A stretch of 63,418 bases of DNA, filler included, from Candidatus Desantisbacteria bacterium CG1_02_49_89 (lineage in GTDB: Bacteria > Desantisbacteria > UBA1551), in assembly GCA_001871075.1 (NCBI GenBank). It is 4 parts of 4 records of this genome, joined end to end, with 100 filler letters (N's around TTAATTAATTAA, not from the genome) between each part and the next. Parts side by side here need not be neighbours in the genome. Positions count along the whole stretch, not along the records: positions 1 to 22,170 come from MNUP01000110.1; positions 22,271 to 50,795 come from MNUP01000063.1; 2 more parts are not named here. One strand, 5' to 3'. The position numbers and the translations under genes were made by a program. Positions 18,466-28,338 of this stretch are shown piece by piece. The notes under the pieces were generated by a model. The model worked only from the letters and a program-made list of their open reading frames with translations. It did not search any database and was not told the DNA's origin. Numbering within the stretch: position 1 is the stretch's first letter; each line of letters begins with the position of its first letter.

Positions 18466-20028
18466 ATGATCATAGGAATTGCCGGGATCCTTCTTTTGTG
18501 CGGCCCGGCATTTGCCGCGGACCAGGCCATGACCGCCGCGGTCCTGGACCTGGACGCGAAGGAAGGGATCTCACAGGGCGTGGTCTCAACCATTACCGAT
18601 TACCTGCGCACACAGCTTGTAAACACGAACAGGTTCAATATCGTCACGAGAGAGAATATGGACCAGGTCCTGAAGGAGCAGAATTTCCAGTTGTCTGGCT
18701 GCACAAGCTAGGAGTGCATTGTGCAGATGGGCCAGCTCCTGGGTGTGAACAAGATGTTCACCGGCTCGATCGGGAAGGTCGGCACCACGTATGTCATCAA
18801 CCTGAAGATCATTAATGTTGAAAGCGGCAAGATAGACAGGGCTGAGGCGGAAATGGCTTATTCCGAGGACCAGCTTCTGCCCGCAACCCAGAACCTCGCT
18901 AAAAAAATGGCAGGGCTGGCAACACAGCCGCTCGCAGGGCAGCAGCCCCAGGCAAAAACATTTGTTGAGCCTCAGCAGCCGGAAAAAATCACGCCTCCCG
19001 GATCACTCGGCGCCAATATAACCAGCATAACGGATAATTTCGCGAGATCCTTCGGTCTTTCAGTCAGGGATGGAGCGCTTGTGCTGGGCGTTGTCAAAGA
19101 AAGCACCGCTGATAAAGCACAGGTTAAAAAAGGTGACGTGATCACAGGATTCAACGGCACCGAAATTAAAAGCAGTTTTAACCTGATTTCGCTTATAAGC
19201 AAAACCCTTGCCGGGGATAACGTTAAGCTGAAAGTACTGCGCGGGGGCAAAGAGATCACGATCGAAACCGTGATGCAAAAGGCCGTTTCAAGCGAAGAGG
19301 TATCCTGCGACTTTTTTGGGCTGACTGTCCTGGATACCAGGGATGGTTTCCTTATAACCGGAATAAAGAAAGGGACCTTTGACGGGAACTCGGAAGTTGA
19401 GGTCGGGGATATGATAAAGGAAATAAACGGCCAGGAGTTCAATTACATAGCGGATTTCTACAGCGCAATAACAATGGCCGGAAGCTCAGCCGGTCTGCTG
19501 GTCGAAAGGGGTAACGCGCCTGTCAAAGCGACGGTATCAATGATCGAAAAAATAGGGATCGGCGCGTACTGGGCGCTGACCGGGATGTCGGGCGGAAGCC
19601 TTGCCCCGGGATTCACTCTGTGCAACTACGCGCCTGATGACCCCGGCAATAACATGGAAATGGACTTCAGGTTCTGGAAATCTGCCAGCGGCCTTAATGA
19701 CATGGAGCTCATCCTCGGTTATCCGTTTGTCTTCGTTTATCCCATAAAGACATACACGGTCACGCTTTTCCTGGGAGGCAACTGCAGGATGGAGTTCGGC
19801 GATATCCCCGGCTTCTCTGATTATTTCGGCACCGACATAGGTTTCCTCGCCAAGAGCGGCGTGGAATTTTTCGCCGGGCCAGCGGGATTTTTCTTTGAAG
19901 GCGGAGTGGACGTTATTATGCTCGGTTTGGCAAACTGGACAGACGCCGCGAATAAGGATCAGAAGACCCTGAGGTCTACAATTGACGTGTATTTCCCTAT
20001 TAGCGCCGGCGTCCGCTTTTACTTTTAA
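18466..20028 (+). pseudogene. Secreted CsgG/HfaB-like + 2 PDZ + putative beta-barrel protein, interrupted by an in-frame TAG at 18709-18711
   Basis: ORFs 18403-18711 and 18721-20028 are in the same frame and read REN MDQVLKEQNFQLSGCTS*ECIVQMGQLLGV...GSIGKVG; PDZ motifs GALVLGV..STADKA..KKGDVI; ends in AGVRFYF. Confidence 0.7.
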
Positions 20029-20147
20029 ATAAGGCCGGCATCAAAGCCACCCTCTCCTTCGTCCTCTCCCCTTGAGGGAGAGGATTAAGGTGAGGGGGAG
20101 AATTTTTCTGTGCTGGGAGAAACCATTATTTTAAACGGAGGTGTTGA

Positions 20148-21005
20148 ATGAAAGTAGCAATAAGGGACAGCATGGTAGAACCAAAGAACCTGGATGACCT
20201 GGCCAAGGGACTTGTGGAGGTCGGGGTAAGCAGTTTTGAGCTCTGGATAGAAAGGGACCTTACGACGATCTGGGGAGAAAGCCTGGCAGCGCCTGACAGG
20301 CAGGAGGCGTTCGCAAAAAAGATGGGCAGGCTTAAAACCAGGGCCTGCGCCGGAATAGTGGGAAGCAATCTTGCCAACGAGAACGCTGAGCCGGAAATAG
20401 ACTACGTGGTGAAGGCGTCGCGCCTGCTCTCTGTCCTGGGCTCAAAGGTCCTGCGCATAGACGTTGTGGCGAACGAGCCGGGTAAGGAACCCAAGACCTG
20501 GCAGGAATACCTCCAGCAAGCGATAAAGTCCGTGAAGGAGGTTTTGAAAAGGACCGAGAAGCTGGGCACTGAATTCGCGGTTGAGAACCACGGTTCGATC
20601 TCAAACAGGATCGAATTCCTGCGCGGCCTGTACAAGGGGGTTGACTCTCCAAGGTTCGGCCATACGCTTGACACGGGTAATTTCTACTGGTACGGCTATC
20701 CCCTGTCCCAGATCTATAAGATATTTGAGGAGCTTGCGCCGCTCGTAAAGCACACCCATATAAAAAATATTAATTACCCCAAAGAGGAAAGGGAAAAGAC
20801 CCGGCCCATGGGATGGGAATACGAGAAATATGTCTGCCCCATCGCGGATGGTGACATAGATATCGGGAAGGTGGTGAAGCTGCTTAAAAAAGCGAAATTC
20901 AGGAACGACATCTGTATCGAGGACGAATCTCTGGGCAAGTTCCCGGTGGAGCAGAGGCGCGGGATCGTCATAAAAGACGTTGAATTCCTTAAATCCCTGT
21001 TATAG
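20148..21005 (+). CDS. Sugar phosphate isomerase/epimerase (xylose-isomerase-like TIM barrel)
   Basis: AVENHG, LDTGNF, HTHIK, GDID, ICIEDE metal-binding pattern. Confidence 0.88.
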   Translation: MKVAIRDSMVEPKNLDDLAKGLVEVGVSSFELWIERDLTTIWGESLAAPDRQEAFAKKMGRLKTRACAGIVGSNLANENAEPEIDYVVKASRLLSVLGSKVLRIDVVANEPGKEPKTWQEYLQQAIKSVKEVLKRTEKLGTEFAVENHGSISNRIEFLRGLYKGVDSPRFGHTLDTGNFYWYGYPLSQIYKIFEELAPLVKHTHIKNINYPKEEREKTRPMGWEYEKYVCPIADGDIDIGKVVKLLKKAKFRNDICIEDESLGKFPVEQRRGIVIKDVEFLKSLL

Positions 21006-21098
21006 CCCATTTTCCCACTTTGTAAAAGGGGGATTAAGGGGGATTTTAGTCATTGCGAGCTAAAGCGAAGCAATCTATTTTAATAAAGGGAGGGCAAA

Positions 21099-21770
21099 AT
21101 GAAGAAGCTGGTTCTGGCAGTTGCAGTTTTGTTGGTTGTGGCAGGATACTGTTCCGCAGCCGAAAAAGGCCTTGTCCTGCATTTCAAGTTTGACGAGGGT
21201 TCGGGTGATACCGTTAAGGACGCTTCAGGCAGCGGGCTTGAAGGCACGGTTAACGGAGAGGTGTCCTGGGGAGAAGGAGTGTCAGGCAAGGCGATCTCGT
21301 TTGACGGCACGTCGTTCGTGGATGTGCCATACGACGACAGGCTTGCCCCTGAAAAGTTAGTTACGATCCTCGCGTGGATAAATCCCACGGATTATGAGTT
21401 TGATTCATATAAGAACATAGTGATCTGCTGGGACAGCTACATCCTGCGCTACGACAATCCGCCTGAGGGCGGCAAGTTCTCCTTCTTCATATTCCTGGAA
21501 GGAAGCCCTGAGCCCAGGGTCCAGATGGACGCCCCCGCTCTTAAGAAATGGCACCTTGTCGCAGGGATGTGGGACGGAAAGCAGAGCCATGTTTATATTG
21601 ACGGCAAAAAGCAGTCAGTGGACAGGCCGGGAGCCCCTGCCCCGAAAGAAAACACGTTCCACATCGGCGAGGGATATGTCGGCGCGATAGACGAGCTTAA
21701 GATCTACAACCGCGTGCTGACAGACGACGAGCTGAAGGCAGTCCTTGCTGCCGGCCCCAAAGCAAAATAG
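21099..21770 (+). CDS. Secreted LamG/concanavalin-A-like domain protein
   Basis: Signal peptide; LVLHFKFDEGSG..VKDASG, WHLVAGMWDG, GAIDELKIYNRVL. Confidence 0.88.
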   Translation: MKKLVLAVAVLLVVAGYCSAAEKGLVLHFKFDEGSGDTVKDASGSGLEGTVNGEVSWGEGVSGKAISFDGTSFVDVPYDDRLAPEKLVTILAWINPTDYEFDSYKNIVICWDSYILRYDNPPEGGKFSFFIFLEGSPEPRVQMDAPALKKWHLVAGMWDGKQSHVYIDGKKQSVDRPGAPAPKENTFHIGEGYVGAIDELKIYNRVLTDDELKAVLAAGPKAK

Positions 21771-21776
21771 AAACTT

Positions 21777-22055
21777 AACCACACGATTACACACGATTAG
21801 TGTCATTGCGGCCGTAGAGTCATCAACCCAGTTCTGACTCGAAGGCCCCTGTATTAAATTCCGGTTTAATCGGAATTACAGGGGGAAGCATTTTGAAGCG
21901 ACGAAGCAATCTGTTAATTTGTCGTAACTCAGGGCTTTAGCCCTGAAGGATTGCGTGTAGGGGCGGGCTTGCCCGCCCAATATTAAAATTTCTCCAACTA
22001 CCCTGAAAATCCATTGAAAAATAAGGAGTTTAAAAATAGTGCCTGTCCCTATTTT
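21777..22055. repeat. Stack of different short repeats: CACACGATT arm, GTCATTGC palindrome with nested GCCGTAG...CGAAGG hairpins, GTAAC and GTAG REP-like palindromes, CTGTCCC motif
   Basis: Sub-elements at 21777-21798, 21802-21912, 21924-21946, 21957-21978 and about 22015-22055, each with relatives elsewhere in the window. Confidence 0.75.
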
Positions 22056-22085
22056 AACAGCACCTTTATCGCAGGAGGCTAAATA

Positions 22086-22170
22086 ATGGCATTAACCAAA
22101 GAACAGGCGAAGAAAAATCTGGAAAAGCTCATAGAGAAGCTTGAAAAAGAGCAAGCTTCGGGCAAAGCTG
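22086..22170 (+). CDS. Partial CDS (N-terminus only, cut by contig end); weak resemblance to type IIG restriction-modification N-termini
   Basis: AGGAGG RBS, then MALTKEQAKKNLEKLIEKLEKEQASGKA; too short to assign. Confidence 0.45.
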
Positions 22171-22270
22171 NNNNNNNNNNNNNNNNNNNNNNNNNNNNNN
22201 NNNNNNNNNNNNNNTTAATTAATTAANNNNNNNNNNNNNNNNNNNNNNNNNNNNNNNNNNNNNNNNNNNN
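22171..22270. other. Artificial contig linker N44-TTAATTAATTAA-N44
   Basis: Six-frame-stop spacer; same structure at all three gaps. Confidence 0.98.
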
Positions 22271-23622
22271 TGCCTCGGTATACCGTCCTTAAAAATAAAG
22301 ACTTTTTTGATCACTCCCTGACCCACAGCGCATCTCGCGTGCAGGAAAAATTTATTTCCCAGGGTATTGTCAGCCGTGAAATTCCCCAGGCAGCATAGAA
22401 GGCTGTACCTGAATTTCTCGGTTTTTATTGGATTTTCGAAATAAACGGGATTTGACAGGGCGGATCTCCCGTATTCATCCGTTACGCGCACCGTATACCA
22501 CGCGGAGCCCTTCTCTTTGAAATCATAAAACATCCTGAACCTGTAATTCTTCTGCTTCATCAGTGACTTGAATTCCTTCACTGTATTGCCGTTGCGTATA
22601 ACCTCAATGCTGCTTATCCGGTTCAAAGCGAAAACCTGGACCCGCGCCGTGTATGTTTTTCCGAGTTCGGGGATCACTGTGCTTCCGGGCGCTGCGCCGT
22701 CAACGTCGAATATGACAAATACCGGGCCGTCTGTGACGAAATTATTCCCGTTCCTGATGCATTTCGCGGCGTTTTCAGGACCTGACAGCCCGTCGCTGCC
22801 GCAGGTATAGACCCTTTTGCTTCCCGGGCATACGGAGAATTTCCTCTCAAGGCACGCGTCTGTGCTCGCGGTTCCCGGTATTCTTGCGCCCATATTAAGC
22901 AGGAGGAAATACATAAGCTGTTCCGCCTCCTTTTTGTAGCAGAAAACGTCAAAACCTTCCGGAGTATTCCCGAGAACCACGTCGGAAAAGACCCTGACGG
23001 CTGTCAGCCAGTTCAGCGCCGGGATATTCCCGAACGGATGCGTCACTATTTTCATCCCGTCCATGACCGCGTAATGCCCGTCCAGCGCGTGTTTTATCTC
23101 TTTTTCAGCCGTTATAAAAGGATTTTTACTTTTTAATTTTGCAATTTGCAATTTGCAATTTGCAATGTTATTTAAAATACTTCCCTGTTCCGTCCCGTAG
23201 TCCAGCCCTTCAGCGCGCAGGACAAGCCGTGCGTATTTCCAGTCAGGCGGGTTTTCCAGCCCGGGAACCTTCGAAAGATCGTCGTGGCAAAGGTGCCAGT
23301 GGTTATCCCCGCAAAACCAGCCCAGCTTCCTCATATCCGCCCATTTTTTTAGAAGGAATTTTTTTATTATCGTCCTGCCTTCCGCGGCCTTTATAGACTC
23401 GCAGGCCGGCGCGTAATCAAAACCGCGCGATACTTCTATTTCTATCCTGCCCGGTTTGCACTCGACCCAGAATTTCCCGTCAGCGTAAAACCTGCTGCCG
23501 CTGCCGTAGGTCCTTCCGCTCGCGGACGTTCTTATGACATCGCCGGATCTTACGGTTATCCTGGCAGGGATCTTTTTTTTCGTCTGCGCGTCCAGTATAT
23601 TTCCAACTATTCTGCATTTCAT
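22271..23622 (-). CDS. CehA/McbA-like PHP-fold metallohydrolase, 3'-truncated by contig end
   Basis: SRGFDY, GWFCGDNHWH, AEGLD, THP, ASTDA, GNNFVTDGP, IEVIRNG, WYTVRV, ALSNPVYF. Confidence 0.72.
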
Positions 23623-23633
23623 TTCTAATTCCT

Positions 23634-23750
23634 GATGACAGCGATTTTAAAATACGATGTCAGCGATTAAATGACGATTTTAAAGATAAAAGAAAGATAT
23701 CAGCGATAAGGATTTTATCGCTGCAATCGGATCTTTTTATCGCTGCAATC
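23634..23750 (+). repeat. 117-bp dispersed element (GATNNCAGCGAT arms), copy 1
   Basis: About 90% identical to the reverse complement of 33334-33451; supplies the last codons and stop of the MFS gene. Confidence 0.88.
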
Positions 23751-24927
23751 TATAATACACAATTTGTAAAACAATAACACCCACAACAACGATAATGCAG
23801 GCAAGATACGGAGCCCGCAGGGTGTAGTTCTGGGCGAGTATGCCCGCGATCAGAGGGCCCAGCAGGCTGCCGCTTCCGACAATGGATTCATGGATCCCGG
23901 TCCCGGAGCCTTTGCTTGACGCATCGTTCAGACTGTAATACAGGCTTGAAAAATACGCGACCCCGGCTCCGATCCCGGCAAGCGCGAACCCAATGAAAAA
24001 AAGAACATTGTTTGAGGAAAAAATAAAGATCAGGGACCCGGCGGCAATAGCCGCTTCAATAGCCAAAAGGAATGCGATCTTGTAATGCCACCAGGAAGAG
24101 CAGCACAGGATATAGGACGTGACCGCCTGCGACGCGGTTATCGTGAAAAGCATGAATCCCAGTATTTCCGGGGTGATCCCTATGTCAACCGCGAGTTTCG
24201 GGAACAGGAACCTTATTGCGCCGACCACGAACCACACCATGAAATTCGACATCCAGGCGATCTTTAAAAAAACGTTGGTTAGTTTGTTAGTTGGTTTGCT
24301 GGTTGTCTGGTTATTTGTTTCGAGGTTTTGCGGTTTCGAGGTTTCGTGGTTCAAGGAATCATCTTTTGACTCTGACACGTTGACACGTTGATACGTTGAC
24401 ACTGCCTTATCTTCTTTCGCCATACTTGTAAAAACCGCTGCCAGCGCGCAGAACGCGGCGCCGATATACGGCGGGTAAGTAAGGCTTACCGCACTGACCA
24501 TCCCTGATGCCAGGGTGCCGACGGAAATTCCCGCGCACCATGAAACGCTGAACAACCCCACAGCCCGCAGGACGTTGCCTTTTGAATTCTTCGCTATCCA
24601 GACCTCGATGCACGGCCAGAAAACAGCGGCGCACACGCCGTAGAAACTCACGAACGCGAAAAGCAGGAATATTGATCTCAGGGACGGCAGGACCAGGCAT
24701 GCAGCGGCTGAAAGCAGCGCGGCAATAAAAACAAGCTTCTTGCTGCCCGTCCTGTCGCACATCCTGCCGAATAAAGGCGTTAAAAATGTATAAAAGATCC
24801 CGAAAAGAAAACCGAACATCCCCAGCGCTAAAGGGCCCGCGCCGAGTTTTATGGCGATCAGCGGCACAACGAAAAATACCATGCCTATCGACGCATCCAT
24901 AAAAAAAGCCGCGAAATATAATGACAT
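23737..24927 (-). CDS. MFS transporter with a repeat-derived insert in the central loop
   Basis: GRMCDRTGSKK motif A, about 12 TM, GSLLGPLIAG. Confidence 0.88.
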   Translation of the reverse strand: MSLYFAAFFMDASIGMVFFVVPLIAIKLGAGPLALGMFGFLFGIFYTFLTPLFGRMCDRTGSKKLVFIAALLSAAACLVLPSLRSIFLLFAFVSFYGVCAAVFWPCIEVWIAKNSKGNVLRAVGLFSVSWCAGISVGTLASGMVSAVSLTYPPYIGAAFCALAAVFTSMAKEDKAVSTYQRVNVSESKDDSLNHETSKPQNLETNNQTTSKPTNKLTNVFLKIAWMSNFMVWFVVGAIRFLFPKLAVDIGITPEILGFMLFTITASQAVTSYILCCSSWWHYKIAFLLAIEAAIAAGSLIFIFSSNNVLFFIGFALAGIGAGVAYFSSLYYSLNDASSKGSGTGIHESIVGSGSLLGPLIAGILAQNYTLRAPYLACIIVVVGVIVLQIVYYRLQR

Positions 24928-25132
24928 GAATCACTCCTAAAAGCGTGTCAACGTATCAAAGTGTCAACGTATCAAAGTAAAAAAGTTTATAGAGTTTATA
25001 AAGTTTACATAGTTTACAGAGTATAAATCTCAGTAACCTCAGTACCCTCAGTGGCAGAACAGGTATTTCTCTGTGTCTCCGTGCCTCTGTGGTGATATTC
25101 AAAATAAAAAAGGAGACGGTTAAATTGTTTTC

Positions 25133-25213
25133 GTAGGGCAAACCTTCAGGTTTGCGGTTTCGCAAGGCTCCCTCCTATCAAAATTGGCGGGTCTTCGAAA
25201 AGCCTTGCCCTAC
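25133..25213. repeat. GTAG-headed REP/REPIN-like palindrome
   Basis: GTAGGGCAAACCTTCAGGTTTGC ... AGCCTTGCCCTAC; near-identical head at 50544-50567. Confidence 0.75.
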
Positions 25214-25241
25214 ATAAACCATACCTGTCTCCTTGCTAAAA

Positions 25242-28200
25242 TCAAATTTCCACGCCGTATTTGACAAAGAAATAATCGTCCTTCCAGTTCGCCTCATCGG
25301 TGAAATCGTGCGGCCCGACCCCGAAAAGCTCTCCCTGCTTATGGTGGGGGCCCAGAAGGTTGTGCAGGCTGTGCGCGAGCTCAAGCGTTATCTTGTTTTC
25401 GCCTTTTTTCAGGGCGTCCGTAATATCGAGCTTGAACGGCGGGAAGATCATCAGGCCTTCCGGCTTACCGTTTATCTTCACTGCCGTAACGATCGCGTTA
25501 AGCCTGCTGAATTCAAGGTTGTACCTGCGGCCCTTCTCCTTGTCGATATTAACGGTCTGGCTCAGGGAGATCGTCCCCGCGAAAAAAGGATATCCCTGGT
25601 CCACCAGATCCCCGGTCACCAGTGTTTTCCGTTCAGGCACAAGCCTGAATTCCTTCCTGTCCTTATGCTCCACCGCAAAATCACCGACGATATAGCAGGA
25701 CTCGAGCTCCACGCCGTCTTTTGTGTATATCATCGTCCCGGGCTTTATGGGAAGCCTGAAATCGCAGGAAAGCGCAACAGTGTTCTCTCCCATTTTCACG
25801 AATTGCCTGATGTCTATTTTTTTGAACGAAGTATCCGTCCAGTATCCGGTATCCCGGTATTTCACGGTTTTCCCGTTCACTTTTACGCCGTATATTTCGG
25901 GTTTCTCCATAACGAAGAACAGCCTTGCGTCCTCCGGCATCTCATAATCCATGTTAAAGTCTAGTTCCATTTCAACGTTGATACTTTGACACGATGCCTG
26001 CCCGCCAACGCTTTCTGGGCGGGACACGTTGACACGTTTTTCCGCCTCCGCCTGCACCTTCCACACCGGCACCTTCGACTCGGTCCATCCCTGATCCCCA
26101 ATCCTGTACCTTCGGCAGTAGTCAAGGGTGAGCGCGTTCATGTCCTTCCGTTCGAAGGTCCATTCATTCTTCAGCCTGACCTTCTCTTCCTTTATCTTTT
26201 TTTCATTTGCCGGCAGGATCTCGCTCAGGAAATGCTTGAGGGCTATGCCTTTCCTCTCCACCATGATAAGATGCGAGCCCGCGGGGCTGAAATCAAGCTC
26301 AATCTGTGTTTTGTTCCCTTTAACCCGGAACGGGATCTCGGCGATCTTGCCTGTAAAAAGGTCCCACTCCTCCGCTTTCCCGAGTGAATTCAGTGTTACA
26401 GTCGTGCTGAACTCCTTTTCCTGGTCAGTGTTGCACAGGAAAAATATATCAGCGTCTTCGGTTGTTCTGTGCTGGTAGTAGATAGCGGGAACGCCTGCTT
26501 TTTTCTTATCCGCAACAGTCACTTCAGGATCAAGCATCTCGTCCAGTAATACTTTCAAATTGTCTTTATTTGCAGGAATTACCTTTATACTACTAATAAA
26601 CTCCTTTAATTCATCCGAAGCCTGGCAATCCACCATTGTTGGTGCGGGTTCTAACGCAATAACTTTACCCCCACTGTTCTTAAATTCCTTCAGTAGCTTG
26701 AATGTATTTTTTCTCAGTGTTATTGAAGACGGGATAATGACCAGCTCGTACCTGGATCCGCCCACCTGCAGGCGCGGCAGTCTTTTCATGAAAGCGCCGT
26801 CGTAATAACCTTTATTCCCGTCCATGCCCTTTGCAGGCTGTTCAACCCAGGAAAGCCGGGCGTATTTCTCCATCAGTTTTTCGTCCCCGTAATCATAATC
26901 CCTCTGCAGGGAGCAGAGGTCAATGCTCAGCCGCTCGAACGCGCTGCTCATTTCATTGCATTTTGCCGCGTCAAGCCTGCTGTACGCCACCCAGGCGCTG
27001 CCCATCGGATGCATCAGCAGGATATCGCATTTGTGCTTTCCCCTTGTAAGCATGTAAGTAAGGCGGGTGAAATAATCCTCGATCACCCTGTTGTATTTCC
27101 ACCACGGCTGCTGAAAATAGATATTAGGCGGGAAGTCGCGCTTGCGGCATCCCTTCATTGAATAGAGCGAAAGGTGGTGGTTCAGGATATTTATGCCCAG
27201 GACGAATTCCCAGTCCCCTATCCATTTCCTCCCGGTGAACGAGAAATTCTGCCCGGAACAGCCGTACGTCTCGGAAAGCGTTCTCAGCCTGCCCAGCTGG
27301 TGGGCGGCGCTTGAACACTGTTTCGGGGTCATTACGTTTGAAATGTTGCGGCAGAGATGGTCTATGCCCGGCACGTGCATGTATTCGTAATGCGGCATTG
27401 CCGCCCCGATGCACAGGATCTGGCTTTCCAGCGTGTCCTCGCAAAGATAATGGCCGGCGTACCTTAAATTGCGCTCCTCGCACCAGTCATACATTTTCTT
27501 TGAATACGACTCAAGGAAAAGGTCTGTCGCAGCCTCCCAGTAATCATAACGCGCTTTCTCGCACCCCTCCCCCGGGAAGAAAAGAAGAGGCAGTTTTTCC
27601 ATTATATCGTAGCCTTTCCTCTTCCTGAAATATTCCTGGAAGCCGCCTGTCCAGGGTATGACGCACACCTTTTTTGAAGGATCAGAAGGCGAAAAAGCCC
27701 CTCCCTGGAACGTGAAATAGTTCGGCTCATCCGTGAATATCCCCGGTATGCTTTTCCCGAACTCGCTGCCGAATTCCCTGTAATACGCTTCGTGGGTGAC
27801 TTCAATGAAATCATCCACCGCTTCCGGGTTCATGGTGTCAAGGTAGGTCTGGTTATTGTACCAGGGGTTTGGCGGGCCTGTTATCACGCGCGTCGAAACG
27901 ATGTTTTCTCCTTCAATAGTGCATTCAAGCCCCTTCATCTTGTTTTCGTCTTTGGCAGTTACAATACCGCCGGCAAACCCGGAAGGCCACCTGTCCTCAT
28001 CATACAGCCAGGCACCCATCCCTCTTTTCTTCGCCTCGGAAACGCAGGTCCTTATCCTTTTCATCCATTCCTTGGTAAGATAAGGCGTGATAAGCCCGAT
28101 GCGGGAATGCATAAAGAAACCGCCCCAGCCGTTTTCATCCATTTCCTTTATCTGCCTTGCGAGTTCCTTGTCCTCAAGGTCATCGTTCCAGGACCAGAAC

Positions 28201-28259
28201 GGCGCTCCCCTGAATTCCTTTCCCGGCTCCTTAAAACCTTTTTTTATATCCTCCGCCAC
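25242..28259 (-). CDS. Large GH106-like glycoside hydrolase
   Basis: APFWSWND, GGFFMHSRIGL, WLYDEDRWPSGFAGG, FTDEP, PGIDHL, SETYGCSG, HNLLGPHH; GTG start after AGGGGG. Confidence 0.82.
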   Translation of the reverse strand: MAEDIKKGFKEPGKEFRGAPFWSWNDDLEDKELARQIKEMDENGWGGFFMHSRIGLITPYLTKEWMKRIRTCVSEAKKRGMGAWLYDEDRWPSGFAGGIVTAKDENKMKGLECTIEGENIVSTRVITGPPNPWYNNQTYLDTMNPEAVDDFIEVTHEAYYREFGSEFGKSIPGIFTDEPNYFTFQGGAFSPSDPSKKVCVIPWTGGFQEYFRKRKGYDIMEKLPLLFFPGEGCEKARYDYWEAATDLFLESYSKKMYDWCEERNLRYAGHYLCEDTLESQILCIGAAMPHYEYMHVPGIDHLCRNISNVMTPKQCSSAAHQLGRLRTLSETYGCSGQNFSFTGRKWIGDWEFVLGINILNHHLSLYSMKGCRKRDFPPNIYFQQPWWKYNRVIEDYFTRLTYMLTRGKHKCDILLMHPMGSAWVAYSRLDAAKCNEMSSAFERLSIDLCSLQRDYDYGDEKLMEKYARLSWVEQPAKGMDGNKGYYDGAFMKRLPRLQVGGSRYELVIIPSSITLRKNTFKLLKEFKNSGGKVIALEPAPTMVDCQASDELKEFISSIKVIPANKDNLKVLLDEMLDPEVTVADKKKAGVPAIYYQHRTTEDADIFFLCNTDQEKEFSTTVTLNSLGKAEEWDLFTGKIAEIPFRVKGNKTQIELDFSPAGSHLIMVERKGIALKHFLSEILPANEKKIKEEKVRLKNEWTFERKDMNALTLDYCRRYRIGDQGWTESKVPVWKVQAEAEKRVNVSRPESVGGQASCQSINVEMELDFNMDYEMPEDARLFFVMEKPEIYGVKVNGKTVKYRDTGYWTDTSFKKIDIRQFVKMGENTVALSCDFRLPIKPGTMIYTKDGVELESCYIVGDFAVEHKDRKEFRLVPERKTLVTGDLVDQGYPFFAGTISLSQTVNIDKEKGRRYNLEFSRLNAIVTAVKINGKPEGLMIFPPFKLDITDALKKGENKITLELAHSLHNLLGPHHKQGELFGVGPHDFTDEANWKDDYFFVKYGVEI

Positions 28260-28338
28260 GTCTTCCCCCTTAAATATAGTCACGAGTCATGTGTCATGAG
28301 TCATGAGTTATAATCCACTAAAGACAAATGACTATTGA

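Noticed and set aside
18709-18711. Genome-wide TAG reassignment
   Set aside because: Several clear genes (for example 626-1633, 7207-8265, 20148-21005) end at TAG at the expected family length.
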